DNA from: Eledone cirrhosa
Taxonomy: Eukaryota
Direction: 5' to 3'
Assembly: GCA_964016885.1 (NCBI GenBank)
Contig: CAXHJY010001226.1
Location: 1 to 64,000 of the forward strand
DNA: 64,000 nt
The notes under the pieces: model-generated
Told to the model about the DNA's origin: nothing
Seen by the model: the letters and a program-made list of their open reading frames with translations, nothing else
Databases searched by the model: none
In this document: positions 49,069-62,304 of the stretch, piece after piece
Position numbering within the stretch: position 1 is the first letter of the stretch
Layout: each line of letters begins with the position of its first letter
Program-made: the position numbers and the translations under genes

Positions 49069-50753
49069 ATGTCGGACGTTGATTGTAACATCAACATTAA
49101 CACAAACACCAATAACATGCAAAATATAAACAACACCAACCAGAACAACAACAACAATAATGACAACAAGAACAACAACACCAATGATAACAACACCACC
49201 ACTAACAACAACTCCACGAACAAGGAAAAGATTTCTTTTGCTCAAACCGTCCAAAAGACGGAACTGTTCACATACCTTGACATTTCCAATGCTAGGGAAA
49301 TGTTAAGCGATGCAAAACAGTATGTAACTTTTGGTGAGAGTGGTGCTTTCAGCATCACTTCTCATCAGTTACACAGAGAAACTGTTCTAAAAACAGTAAT
49401 TTTTAGGACGGTTTCAAATGTGTCGAAAAAACCAGTTCAGTTATCCCAAAACGATATTGAACTGGTTCTGAAGAATTCCATGAAGGATATTGCCTGCATC
49501 CAAAAAGAGAAACTTTTTGGAAGCATTTCGGTGTTGAAAGATCAATTGACGGCACAAAAATATTCTGTATCGCCGATTGTGTCCCCCCTTTACACATTTT
49601 TCCCCACATATATGGGAAAAAGAACTAAAAAAATAAACATTTTGAACATTGCACCAAATGTAAACGTCTGGTGGATTCTAACTGGCTTCATCAATTTCGA
49701 CGAAGACACCATCATTTCGGTGGGACAGTCCTCCAGAGGCACATTCAATGGTACAAGCATGGAAGTTCTGGTCCAAATGAGGCCAGAACGGATAGCTACA
49801 ATACCCCAACGTGTGCCTCTGGATGGAATTTCACACATAAACATTTCTGTTGAGGGTAGGTGGCCTTCATGTTACCACTGTTTAAGCAGTGGTCACCTGA
49901 AGGCTTACTGTCCTCAGTTAACTAAAAAAAAAAAAAAGAGGCACTACTGCCAACACCCAAAACAACACAACCACCACCACCACCACAACAATACGCAAAC
50001 ATAACCAAAATAAGAACAACAAACCAACCTGCAAGCACAGTCCCACCCAACCCCACTCCACCTAAAACCACTGCAAAAACACCCACAAACACAACAGCTC
50101 CCCAAAACATACCCCTTCCAAATAACACAGACACCACAACGGATGAAGCCCCCACATCATCACCAAGTGATGATGAGGGAGAGCCTCTCCATTCGAAAAG
50201 AAAGAAGAAAAGACACCACAAGAACAAAAAAACAACAAACATCACTACAAACATACAACCACCAACACAAACAACACAAACATTACAAACAAAAACCCCC
50301 CGTCCCGAAAACAAAACCACGACATCACTCCAAACACAAACACCTACAACAAAACAAAAGCTCCCACAAGAACAACAGACAAAAACCACCGCAACACAAC
50401 AAGAACATTACACATACATAAACAGTAAAAACAAAACTTTAATGGAGGTCATCTCCAACGACCCTTCGGTGAAAACCGAAGGGAAAACTTTTTCGAACTG
50501 TGTAGACAAACCTAATTTAAAGATGATTAGGGTCCCTACGGACACCTATAAGTCTTTAAAGGAAAACTTTCCTAAGGACGTGGGTAATCCTTGTGTTAAA
50601 CCCAGTAACCGCGCCCTTTTAAAAAGTTTCCCCACCCTCACCCCACCAAACATCTCTGTCCCCACCCCGCCGGAAACCACCACCCACCCAGACAACTCCT
50701 CTAACACCTCCATGGAAACCGTGCGGCCTGATCCCCGGGAGAGGAAAAGGTGA
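49069..50753 (+). CDS. Tx1-type ORF1 (one frameshift in the A-run at 49924-49937)
   Basis: Asn-rich start, SFAQTV, CYHCLSSGHLKAYC knuckle; the Thr/Pro-rich tail is open from 49941 to the stop at 50753. Confidence 0.8.
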
Positions 50754-50790
50754 GTGTTTTCTTCTCCTCTTTTAACTTTTCAGAACCAAC

Positions 50791-53700
50791 ATGGCCAATA
50801 TAAGAGTTGGGTATGTGAATGTACGCGGCCTGGGGATGCCCTGGAAACAAGGCAAACTCTTAAACGACCTCAGGTCACACAGTATGGATGTAGTAGCCAT
50901 TTGCGGGTCCAGGATCCACAGCGAACGACAGCTGGCCCCCATCTTCGATGACATTGAGATCTACGCATCCCCCTGTTAGCCGAGGGGGTGGGGCGGGGTT
51001 GCCGTTTTGCTGCGGAAACACCTGGGCCTCGTAACACAGATGGTACATCTGGACCCGGAGGGTCGATTGGTGGTCATAGACGTTGACGGTAGTGAAGGTG
51101 GAGCCTTCAGGCTGATGGCCGCATATGCCCCATCCGGGACACCGCGGCCAGACTTCTTCAAACGTCTAGAGACTTTTCTGGGAACGTCCCGCTCCTTGCT
51201 TTTAGTGGAGGACTGGAATGGAATCCGAGATGCACGTTGGGACTATGTGGGAGCATGTCCCGATAAAGGGGGGTGTAACATCCTCAAACAGTTAATCGGC
51301 CGATTTGACCTGGCCGATAGATATCAACTAGATTTTCCGACTGTGCCACTGTGGACGTGGACTAATCGCAGCAGAACATCTAGATCGTACCTAGATAGGG
51401 TTCTAGTTAGAAATAAGGATAGGGACATATTAAGCTGTCCACAAATGTTCATGGTTGCCTATTCAGATCACAAACTAGTGACCTGCATGGTCAACCTTGA
51501 TAGAACCCATAGACACGGACCCTGCTACTGGAAGCTGAACTTGTCATTACCGACATGCAAAGCCTACAGTACACGGATTAGCACTTTAGTTAAACAGCAC
51601 TTGACAGGGGCCATTGTCAACAACAGATGGTGGTACTCTCTCAAGAGGGAAGTTAGATTAGACTCGTTAGTTTTTAGTAAAGAATTAGCGTTAGATAGAA
51701 ATAGAACCAAGAAAGAACTGGTAGATAAAGTAGAAGAGGCAATTAGAAGTGGCAACGTAGCCAGCGTGCTAGCAACGAGAACGGCCTTGGACCAGTTCTT
51801 TGACGCAAAGCATGAGGGCTGCGTTGTCAGAAGCAAAATACGTGCTCTGGGAAACGAGGGAGCCAAAGCTGTTAGCTGGGCCCGAGTGACGGAGGCAAAA
51901 AGTGGTAACAAGTCCACGATTCGGTCTTTGAAGGACTAAAACGGACGCGTGATACGTAACCCGAAGCGGGTGTGTGGCCTTTCAGCGGCACTTTGCTCAG
52001 CTGTTCGGGCAGGGCGGCGCGCCGGGAGGGGCTATGGATTTTGGTCCATACCTCGACGGCCTACCGCGACTCTCGGAGAGCGAGGCAAAGTTCTGCGAAA
52101 AGCCGATTTCAGCCGCTGAGATAGGGAACGCGTTGAGCCAATGCGGCAAACGCAAATCTCCAGGTCTCGACGGTCTACCCTACGAATTTTATGTAACAAT
52201 GCCGGACTTATTCTCCGGTCTCCTGGAAGTGGTCTACTGCAACTGGCGACAGAACGGGAGAATTCCCAGTTCTGTGACCGGGGACGTAGTCACACTAGTC
52301 AGGAAGGACGAAAATAAGGGGGATGACATAGGCAACTTCCGGCCCATAACTCTGCTAAACACAGAGTTACAGATTTTGGCCAAGGTGTTGGCAAAGAGGC
52401 TGGCGCTTGTCGTCGAGAACCTGGTGGGAGAAGCACAGACATGCGCAATCCCGACCAGGTCCATACACGACAACCTCCACCTCATGCGATACATCATAGA
52501 GAGGATAGGGTGTAAACCCGGCTTCGGTGGGGCCCTGATCAACTTGGATCAGACTAAGGCTTTCGATAGGGTTGACCATCGTTACCTGGATGCGGTGCTC
52601 GAGGCAGCAGGCTTCGGACCCGTGTTCAGGGGCTGGATTGCTGCAATGCATAACAGCAACATCTGCTCAAGGGTTAAGGTGAATGGCTACCTCTCGGAGC
52701 CGTTCCATATCACGCGATCCATTCGACAGGGATACCCTCTCTCCTCCCTTCTGTACGTATTGACTCTCGAGCCACTACTGCAGAAGTTGGAGCTGTTGCA
52801 GGACATCCCTCTGGAACCGGGACTGCGGATAGCGGCGTCGACCTACGCCGACGACGTGACAGTAATGGTGTCGAGCGCCTTGGCACCTTGCTGAAGGAAT
52901 ACGAAAGGTTCACAGGAGCGAAGCTGAACCGTGACAAGTCCATCGGTTTGCAACTCGGATCGTGGAGGCAGACCGATGCCTTGCGATGGCGTCGTCGGAC
53001 GCTGGACGGAAGGACCAGTAAAGCTGCTCAGGGTCTGGTTTGGTCCGGACCTCCAGGTGGAGAAGAACTGGAACGAGGTGTCGGTTAAGGTGTTTGCACT
53101 CATCCAGAAGTGGGCTGAGTGCAAACTATCCTTGAAAGGTCGAGCGGAGGTGGAGAACACTTATAGTGTCCGCCATCTACTACCGCTTGACCGTCGTGCC
53201 TTGTCCAGCCAAAACGCTCGCCAAAATGGAGCGCGTGCTCTTCCAATTCCTTTGGAAGAGGCAGGCTCCTTTGGTGAGAAGATCCATCTGCTGCCAACGC
53301 CCTTCCAACGGAGGGTTGGGGATGCCGTGGCTGACGATGCGCAAACATGCGCTCAGGCTGCGGCATCTCTACGTATTCCTCACCGGACAACCGGTGTGGG
53401 CCCCGTTCATGAGGCGAGCCTTCCCACGACTCGTCTCGCTGACCGAGCTGCAGTCCTGGGTCAAGCAAAGACCGAGGAAAATGGGCGACTGGCACATCAA
53501 ATGTGCTCAGGCGCTCACAGCCCTCTGGCAGGCAAACCCGGCGAACAGTGGAGACTCCACTTCGTCATTCTATAGAGGGTTGATCCGCAGCAAGTGCGAC
53601 GACGTGCTCGGTGAAACTCTGGGCATAGAGGAAGACGAACTGGCCATTCTGTTCGGTAGGACCTTTCGCCTGGGACCGATGGACAACTTCCCAAAATCCC

Positions 53701-54174
53701 TGGCCTGGCAGTGCTACCGAAGAGCTCTACCAGTTCGAGACAAGCTCTACAGACATGAGTGCCCGGGCAGAGACCCTGCAAAAAAGATCTGTCCGAGGTG
53801 CGTACGAGACGAAGAAACCATCGTACACATGGGGCTATGTGGAACGACTATTGTCGCGGGTGGGACCAATCCAGTTGACCACCGAGTCCATTGTCATGAT
53901 CAAACCGCCACCCTCCTTCAAAAACGAAGGAGAGGCAGTTTTCCTTTGTGTGATAGCTATGGCGAAAGAGGTTGTATGGTGGACAAGGTTGAAAGGGCTG
54001 AGGTCAGACACCTTTCTCTCCGGCCAACAACTGATTCTTTTTTTCAAATACCACTTTGGAAGAAGAATCAGGATGGAGAGAGAGGTGCTGTACCCCAACA
54101 AGTTTTATGAAAGGTGGGTGAAAGTGGCGAGAATGGCCCGAGTGAATGGGCCTTCTCTCTATATCAGCCTGTAG
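50791..54174 (+). pseudogene. Tx1-type ORF2 (APE, RT, C-terminal zinc motif) with several stops and frameshifts
   Basis: YVNVRGL, GGVAVL, YAP, SYLDR, YSDH, YWKLN, KSPGLDGLPYEFY, FRPITLLN, DQTKAFDRVDH, RQGYPLS, YADD, GGLG, CPRC. Confidence 0.88.
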
Positions 54175-54487
54175 GTTGAGGAAAAAGAGGAGAGGAAAGG
54201 AGTACAAACTCTTCGTACTCCTGGAGATGAGGGTTGCACATTTTTTTTCGGGGGTATGTGTTACCCATATGCAATGTCTCCCCCTATTGGGGGAAAAAAA
54301 AAAAAAAAAAGAAAAAAAAAAGAAGAAAAAAAAGAAAGAAAAAAAAAGAAAAAAAAGATTAATTTTTAAATTGCATTTGTGATAATATTTTACACGGTTT
54401 TTAATGTAAACTTCCCCCTTTGTATTTGTCCCCTTCTTTTGTGCCCCTGTGGCTAATAAAGAAACATATCTATCTGTATGTGTGTAT

Positions 54488-56295
54488 GTTCTTCTGGTTT
54501 TATAATTTCACAAATTTTTTCCAATAGAGAGAGAGTCGGTTTCTAACATAGACACAAGACTCTCTCATTGGAATTTACACATCACTAGGTAGATATGCAT
54601 GCATGCATGTGTAGATATGGATGTTATTGTATGTGTAAATGTGGATGTTTGGAGTTGTATGTGTGCATGTGTATATGCTTAGTATCTGTACATGTGTATA
54701 TGCAGTTATTAGATGCAAAATTTTTGGAATGTTTTACATATTTTTACTGTTCCATTAATGGATTGTACTTGTAATTTCCTAACTAGTTGTGTTCTTTCTG
54801 TTCCTGTGAAGCCCAGCTTCTCAAGATTTGTATTGAGGCATTTAGTAACATATCCCAGTGCCCCAATAATCACAGGCATAAATTTGAAGGTATAATCAGG
54901 GTCGAGTATCTGCAGATTTCTCATCAATTCTGCATAAATATTCTCCTTTTCACTAATCTTTGATATTATATTGGCATCTGCTGGGCAGCTAATTTCCACT
55001 ACTGTGCATGTTTTCTTCTCCCTGTCCCATATCATAATATCTGGTCTGTTATGCCTGCATTTTATTGGGGTTTTTACTGGAACATTCCACCAGTAGTCTT
55101 TCATATTATGTATATGTATGTCTTCCACATTGCTCTAGCTTTTAATGTGTTTATTATCGGGGCTATCTTTTCTACGGATTGCATTGTACAGTGTTTTGGC
55201 CACTACATCATGCCTCATAGGTAGATAGTACCGCGATGACATCTTTGGACAGCTGCTTATGACATGGGTGACATCTTCGATGTTAATTCTGCAGAGTCTG
55301 TACTTCTTATCACATCTAGGTGTTTTGCCTGCATCTCTATCTCTTTTGTGAATCAGGTATTTCATGTTGATTTCCTGTTCTTGGATTGCAAAAGCGTATG
55401 CTTCAAAGTGGGAGCCAATATAGCGGTTGTTGGTCCAAGATAGACTACTTTTTTTATCTATATTACTCTCACTCTGGAGCTTCCTGGCAACATATGCATG
55501 ATTTTTTGCTGATAAGCATGCAGTTTTTCATCCATGGATTCACTGCGATACTGCTGAGCAACTTCCCTGGGTGTAAGTTTTTGATTATCACACAGGGAAT
55601 ACCTCTCGAGGTGTTCTTTCCCAATTCTCATGATCTTATCTGTTTCATGTAGATAGACTTGCTCAAGAGACGGGCTCTTACACTTTGAGGTTCGTAGATG
55701 TTGTCGGAGGGATATGATGCGACATTCAAATGCTGTCTGGACTGATGTTAGGCCTCTGCTTACGTTTCAAGTAAAGGCAGTCTATGTCACTGTTGATGTG
55801 GAAGTTTCCGGTGTTGTTTAGTATTTTTCGAGTTCCAACATCAACTGCTCGGCTTTCGTCTATCGTCCAATTGAGTATTCCAAAAGTTGGTGTTAGGACA
55901 GGCACAGCAAACACATTGTGATCCACTGTTTTGTTCTCATCTATCTCCAGGTATCTGTAGCAGTCCTCATCAGATATTGGTGAAATAGTTAAGCCATTGA
56001 TACAAATGTTGCTAGATTGGGTTGTTGTTTTTCTCCGCTTTACAGTCATATATGAGCATTTATCTTGGCCAAACTCCATTCCTATATCCTTTGAGAACGT
56101 TGTAACCAGGTCAAGATTTTTCTTCATCCCATCCATGTTCTTGGCATAGTGTTTCAGATCATCCACAAAGAAATATGGGTTAGGTTCGTATTTCTGTCCT
56201 CCTGTGATCCAATGATGTATCCTTCACATTTCTTGAGCAGAAAGGACAAGGGGTTGAATGACAGGATGAATAATATCACAGAGAGACTGAAATAT
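54488..56295 (-). mobile_element. R4/Dong-type non-LTR element with a restriction-like endonuclease, 5'-truncated and degenerate
   Basis: RT remnant (VDDLK); CCHC-like RLCRINIEDVTHVISSC; RHD; HNRPDIMIWD...VEISCP...EKENIY (PD-(D/E)xK). Confidence 0.8.
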
Positions 56296-56381
56296 ACCCC
56301 TGCAATATTTTATTTTATCAGTGAATATGTATGTATGTATGTATGTATGTACACACATACACATATATATATATATATATA

Positions 56382-56860
56382 TAACCATTTAACAGCCATT
56401 TTTCCATGCTAGTGTGTGTTAGACAAGTTGTCCTGTTGTGAGACAAGTCAGATCAGATGACAGTGTCTTGCTCATACAGAACTGTTTCTGTCTTATTTTC
56501 TATGGATGAATGCCCTTCCTAATGCCAACCACATTTACAGTGTTGACTGGGTGCTTTTTATCACGGCATCAAAATGACCAACTGACAGGTTGGGCTGGGT
56601 ACTTGTTCGTGTCACCAGCATGATCACCTTACATGGTGGACTAGGTGCTTTTCATTGTCACTAACATAAGAAGAACACAGTGGACTGGATGCCTCCTGTT
56701 ATGTCACTAACATGATCACCTTACAGGGTGGACAGGATACTTATTTGTTATGATACCAGCACAACTACCTTACAGGATGGAGTGGGAGCTTTTAGCCCTT
56801 TCCACAGCACTGTGCAGGTGTCCAGCTTTCCACGCTTGTATGCATAGTTTTGAAAGTGGC
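56382..56860 (-). mobile_element. Old RTE-B-like 3' end or SINE with internal tandem repeats
   Basis: Diverged match to the RTE-B 3'UTR (TGCCCTTCCTAATGCCAACCACATTTACAGTG..CTGGGTGCTTTT). Confidence 0.6.
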
Positions 56861-58574
56861 CGGGAAGACACTTGGTGTGTGTATGCAGGATGGGATTGGA
56901 GAGATAGGTTTAAGGTGAGGTAGCTAGTGATGGTGGAGTGTTTTATATATATATACTCCTGGGGAACTGAGGACTGTAATGTGCATAGAACTTCTCTCAT
57001 CTTACCAAAGAAAATAGTGAAGTACTACACTATATATATATATATATATATATATACGATATTAAATAAATGGAAACTATATTTATAAAACCATATTTAT
57101 TTCATTATATATATTTCAGGGATATCATATTAAAAATATGGTATGCCTTCTTCAGACAAAATACAATATAAACAGTCTTATAAATAGATAGATTTGACAT
57201 ACCTTACGACTTCAACTTCCATTTAAAAAGTTGATTTGGTAGTGAAAAATGTTAGGGACAGTTATAAAAAGAAAGAAAGAAAGAAAAAACGAAGAAAAAG
57301 AAGAAATGCATGCAACTAAATAGAGAGAGATAGATATAGAGAGATAGATAGAGAGAAGAAATTCATGTAAAGAAACAGAGATAGATAGATAGAGAGAGAA
57401 AAAACACAGAGGGAGATAGATAGAGAGAGAGAGAGAAAAGAGAGAGAGAAAAAATAGAGAGAGAAATAGATATAGATAGAGATAGAGAGAAAGAAAATAG
57501 GTAGTTGGGCACCAGTTGAATGGCGTATCAATGATATATTTATTTATTTATTTATTTATTTAGTTCTAGTATTAAGGTAGAGAGAGATATATGTGGTTAG
57601 GAGAGAAAACAGCCGTTACATAGAGAGAAAAGAAAAATATCCAGAGATAAACGAGGCAGATTTAAAACATTATGTTTCATCAATGTAAAAATATCAATTC
57701 GTATGAATTAGGTATTATAATGTAAATATCAGTATTCATGAATGAGGCACGTATCAATAATGTGTGAAAAATAATGATCATATGTCTAGTTTAAAATTCC
57801 TAGGTTTATATCAGAGCTGAGATTAAAAAAACTGAGATAAAAAAACTGAGATAAAAAACTGAGATTAAAAACTTTAAAAAAAATTGAAATACATAAGTAT
57901 ATATGCACTTTCATGAAAAAAGAAAAAAAAAAAAAGAGAAAAAGAAAAAGAAAATAGAAGGTTATCCCAGATTCGATACTATAGACTTCCATGTGAATTT
58001 ACGTGATCAACTCTGCAAATTCCTATTTCACATGAAAACATTCTCATTGTGCTATAAAAATTCTAGTATACATATATGTGTACATACACACAAATATATA
58101 TAGAATCTACATTAATTTTAACAATACTATTCTTGTCTTTACTCTACATGATTATCGTTCAAGTATAAATAGACAACAGATATCAATATATCAATAAAAA
58201 TATCAAAAAATTAAAAAATATTAAAAATAAAACACAGTATGCCCCGCAAATCAATCACAGAGATCAACCCTTCAAAATTAATTGACAATATATTGCCAAG
58301 TTCATTATAAGCATCAGAATCAAAAGCAAACAAAACCAAAATTATTTACCAAATCCTGTCTAGCAGAAATCATTCTAAAAGTTTAGGATACCCATTTGAT
58401 CTACAGATGGTCTTATATTTATTATAGAAGTTTATCTGGTGTAAAATTTATTCGATATATTTGGAGCATCAGCTTTTAGGGTAGTTTAATTATTCATGAA
58501 GAATGTTTAAAAAAAAGAAATCGAAAGATTTATCGGCGAGTTTCATAAATAATTATAAATCATAAGTAAATATA

Positions 58575-59316
58575 CTACATTTTAAATTTATATTTATATT
58601 TAAAAGTTGAGTTCAATCTATGTCTGCAGCAACTGAATAAATTTGTCCGTAAATTAAGGGAATTTTTAGATTTTAGTATAAAGAATATCTCCTCCGCGCA
58701 GAGGTCACATGTCTCAGAGGATGAATTAAAAGGAATCCCTCTTGAGACTATATTCCAAGCCGTTGAATATCCAACGTTATCATGCTTAAGTTGCCAGAGT
58801 AAGCCTGATAGTGATGTTGAAGATTTTTTGCTTGGATCTGTGAAAGAATTCTTGTGGTTATTATAGCGAAGTTTAAATTCTGTCGAGGTGGAACCAACAT
58901 AGTTAAAAGAATTTAAGTCCGTTTTAACATTACAGTTGTATATTATATTTTTAACTAAGCAATTGTTATTTAACGGACATTTAGATCTATCTCTACAGTT
59001 ACATTTGTTTACTTGGATATTATTTATGCTATTATCGGTATTTTGGCTAGGTTTTAAATTCCTATTATTTATTCTATTAATATTTTGTGCTAAATTTTTG
59101 GTGGATGAGTAAGTTAATTTTATAGTATGTCTATTGAAAATTGAGTGATACCTATGTGTTCTAGGGAAGCGATTATCAAGAGCATTAAAAAATAGTTTAG
59201 CGATGTGGGTTTTAATGTTTAGTGAGAAGGGGGGGGGGGGCAAACCATATTATATTCCTAGTTCTATTTCTTTTTTGGCTTTTGGAATTATTGTAATGCT
59301 TTCTATTATAGTTGTT
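58575..59316 (-). CDS. PLE2 GIY-YIG fragment, inverted arm
   Basis: CNCRDRSKCPLNNNC, IIY..YVGST..FKLRYNNH, CDLCAEE. Confidence 0.85.
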
Positions 59317-59318
59317 CG

Positions 59319-60828
59319 CTGCATAGGAAAATACCCGGTGCTACCGGAGGTTTATATAGAGATGACATGCTTTTACTTATTGAAAATAATAACTCTGAAC
59401 TAAATAGAAAAAGAAAACAAATTACACAATTTTTTAATTACTTTAATCTAAAAATAGAAATTGAGAATAACCATAGAATAGTCAATTTCCTAGATGTAAC
59501 ATTAAATCTCAACACGTGTCTTCACTATCCATTTCACAAGTTGAATGAAAACTTAAACTATGTCAGTTTTAACTCTAACCACCCCAGATCTGTTAAAAAT
59601 ACTATAGTGAACTCTGTTCAAAAACGTATCTCTAGAATCTCATCTAATAAAAAGATTTTCGACGAAAAAGCCCAGTATTACAATGAAGCGTTAGCTAGAG
59701 CAGGATATAGTGATAAAATTATGTACATAGATAATTGTTTCTACTTTTGGCACAAGGCCAGCAATTACGCAGTACATTACTGGTACTTTATTTTATCGAC
59801 CCCATAAGGATGAAAGGCAAAGTTAACCTCGGCGGGATTTGAACACAGACCGTAAAGGGACGTAACTATGCTGGAAAGCACGGCGTCCGACTCTCTACTG
59901 ATACTGCCAATCCACCGCCCTATTTTGGTGGATGAGTAAGTTAATTTTATAGTATGTCTATTGAAAATTGAGTGATACCTATGTGTTCTAGGGAAGCGGT
60001 TAGTTTGTCTATTATTATGTACATAGATAATAATAGACAAACTAACCAAAATAACAACAATTTTAATTACGGCAACAACTTTAACAACTATAATAGAAAG
60101 CATTACAATAATTCCAAAAGCCAAAAAAGAAATAGAACTAGGAATATAATATGGTTTGCCCCCCCCCCCCCCCCTTCTCACTAAACATTAAAACCCACAT
60201 CGCTAAACTATTTTTTAATGCTCTTGATAATCGCTTCCCTAGAACACATAGGTATCACTCAATTTTCAATAGACATACTATAAAATTAACTTACTCATCC
60301 ACCAAAAATTTAGCACAAAATATTAATAGAATAAATAATAGGAATTTAAAACCTAGCCAAAATACCGATAATAGCATAAATAATATCCAAGTAAACAAAT
60401 GTAACTGTAGAGATAGATCTAAATGTCCGTTAAATAACAATTGCTTAGTTAAAAATATAATATACAACTGTAATGTTAAAACGGACTTAAATTCTTTTAA
60501 CTATGTTGGTTCCACCTCGACAAAATTTAAACTTCGCTATAATAACCACAAGAATTCTTTCACAGATCCAAGCAAAAAATCTTCAACATCACTATCAGGC
60601 TTACTCTGGCAACTTAAGCATGATAACGTTGGATATTCAACGGCTTGGAATATAGTCTCAAGAGGGATTCCTTTTAATTCATCCTCTGAGACATGTGACC
60701 TCTGCGCGGAGGAGATATTCTTTATACTAAAATTTAAAAATTCCCTTAATTTACGGACAAATTTATTCAGTTGCTGCAGACATAGATTGAACTCAACTTT
60801 TAAATATAAATATAAATTTAAAATGTAG
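59319..60828 (+). pseudogene. PLE2 RT C-terminal half and GIY-YIG, interrupted by a SINE
   Basis: GGLYRDDM, VNFLDVTL, SNHP..., then GIY-YIG; insertion at 59736-60031 and a C-run frameshift. Confidence 0.88.
59736..59920 (-). mobile_element. tRNA-derived SINE with a Deu/Nin-type core and an 18-bp TSD
   Basis: rc GGGCGGTGGATTGGCAG...GTTCAAATCC...GCCTTTCATCCTTATGGGGTCGATAAA; TSD ATTATGTACATAGATAAT at 59718-59735 and 60014-60031. Confidence 0.85.
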
Positions 60829-62240
60829 TATATTTACTTATGATTTATAATTATTTATGAAACTCGCCGATAAATCTTTCGATTTCTTTTTTTTAAACAT
60901 TCTTCATGAATAATTAAACTACCCTAAAAGCTGATGCTCCAAATATATCGAATAAATTTTACACCAGATAAACTTCTATAATAAATATAAGACCATCTGT
61001 AGATCAAATGGGTATCCTAAACTTTTAGAATGATTTCTGCTAGACAGGATTTGGTAAATAATTTTGGTTTTGTTTGCTTTTGATTCTGATGCTTATAATG
61101 AACTTGGCAATATATTGTCAATTAATTTTGAAGGGTTGATCTCTGTGATTGATTTGCGGGGCATACTGTGTTTTATTTTTAATATTTTTTAATTTTTTGA
61201 TATTTTTATTGATATATTGATATCTGTTGTCTATTTATACTTGAACGATAATCATGTAGAGTAAAGACAAGAATAGTATTGTTAAAATTAATGTAGATTC
61301 TATATATATTTGTGTGTATGTACACATATATGTATACTAGAATTTTTATAGCACAATGAGAATGTTTTCATGTGAAATAGGAATTTGCAGAGTTGATCAC
61401 GTAAATTCACATGGAAGTCTATAGTATCGAATCTGGGATAACCTTCTATTTTCTTTTTCTTTTTCTCTTTTTTTTTTTTTCTTTTTTCATGAAAGTGCAT
61501 ATATACTTATGTATTTCAATTTTTTTTAAAGTTTTTAATCTCAGTTTTTTATCTCAGTTTTTTTATCTCAGTTTTTTTAATCTCAGCTCTGATATAAACC
61601 TAGGAATTTTAAACTAGACATATGATCATTATTTTTCACACATTATTGATACGTGCCTCATTCATGAATACTGATATTTACATTATAATACCTAATTCAT
61701 ATGAATTGATATTTTTACATTGATGAAACATAATGTTTTAAATCTGCCTCGTTTATCTCTGGATATTTTTCTTTTCTCTCTATGTAACGGCTGTTTTCTC
61801 TCCTAACCACATATATCTCTCTCTACCTTAATACTAGAACTAAATAAATAAATAAATAAATAAATATATCATTGATACGCCATTCAACTGGTGCCCAACT
61901 ACCTATTTTCTTTCTCTCTATCTCTATCTATATCTATTTCTCTCTCTATTTTTTCTCTCTCTCTTTTCTCTCTCTCTCTCTATCTATCTCCCTCTGTGTT
62001 TTTTCTCTCTCTATCTATCTATCTCTGTTTCTTTACATGAATTTCTTCTCTCTATCTATCTCTCTATATCTATCTCTCTCTATTTAGTTGCATGCATTTC
62101 TTCTTTTTCTTCGTTTTTTCTTTCTTTCTTTCTTTTTATAACTGTCCCTAACATTTTTCACTACCAAATCAACTTTTTAAATGGAAGTTGAAGTCGTAAG
62201 GTATGTCAAATCTATCTATTTATAAGACTGTTTATATTGT

Positions 62241-62304
62241 ATTTTGTCTGAAGAAGGCATACCATATTTTTAATATGATATCCCTGAAATATATATAATG
62301 AAAT
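62241..62304 (+). ncRNA. Minimal type I hammerhead ribozyme near the PLE2 3' end (mirror copy 57099-57162, minus strand)
   Basis: ATTTTGT-CTGAAGA-AGG..CATATT..AATATG..CCT-GAAAT ATAT ATA^ATGAAAT; palindromic stem III loop. Confidence 0.72.

Larger units (their letters stand above)
48954..54466 (+). mobile_element. Full-length Tx1/L1-clade LINE, ORF2 degenerate
   Basis: ORF1 with a CCHC knuckle; ORF2 APE-RT-Zn; AATAAA at the 3' end; flanked by (TATC)n. Confidence 0.88.

Noticed and set aside
56940-57010. Possible upstream PH-domain exon near a GTAAG donor
   Set aside because: No acceptor and no convincing PH motifs; adjacent to repeats.
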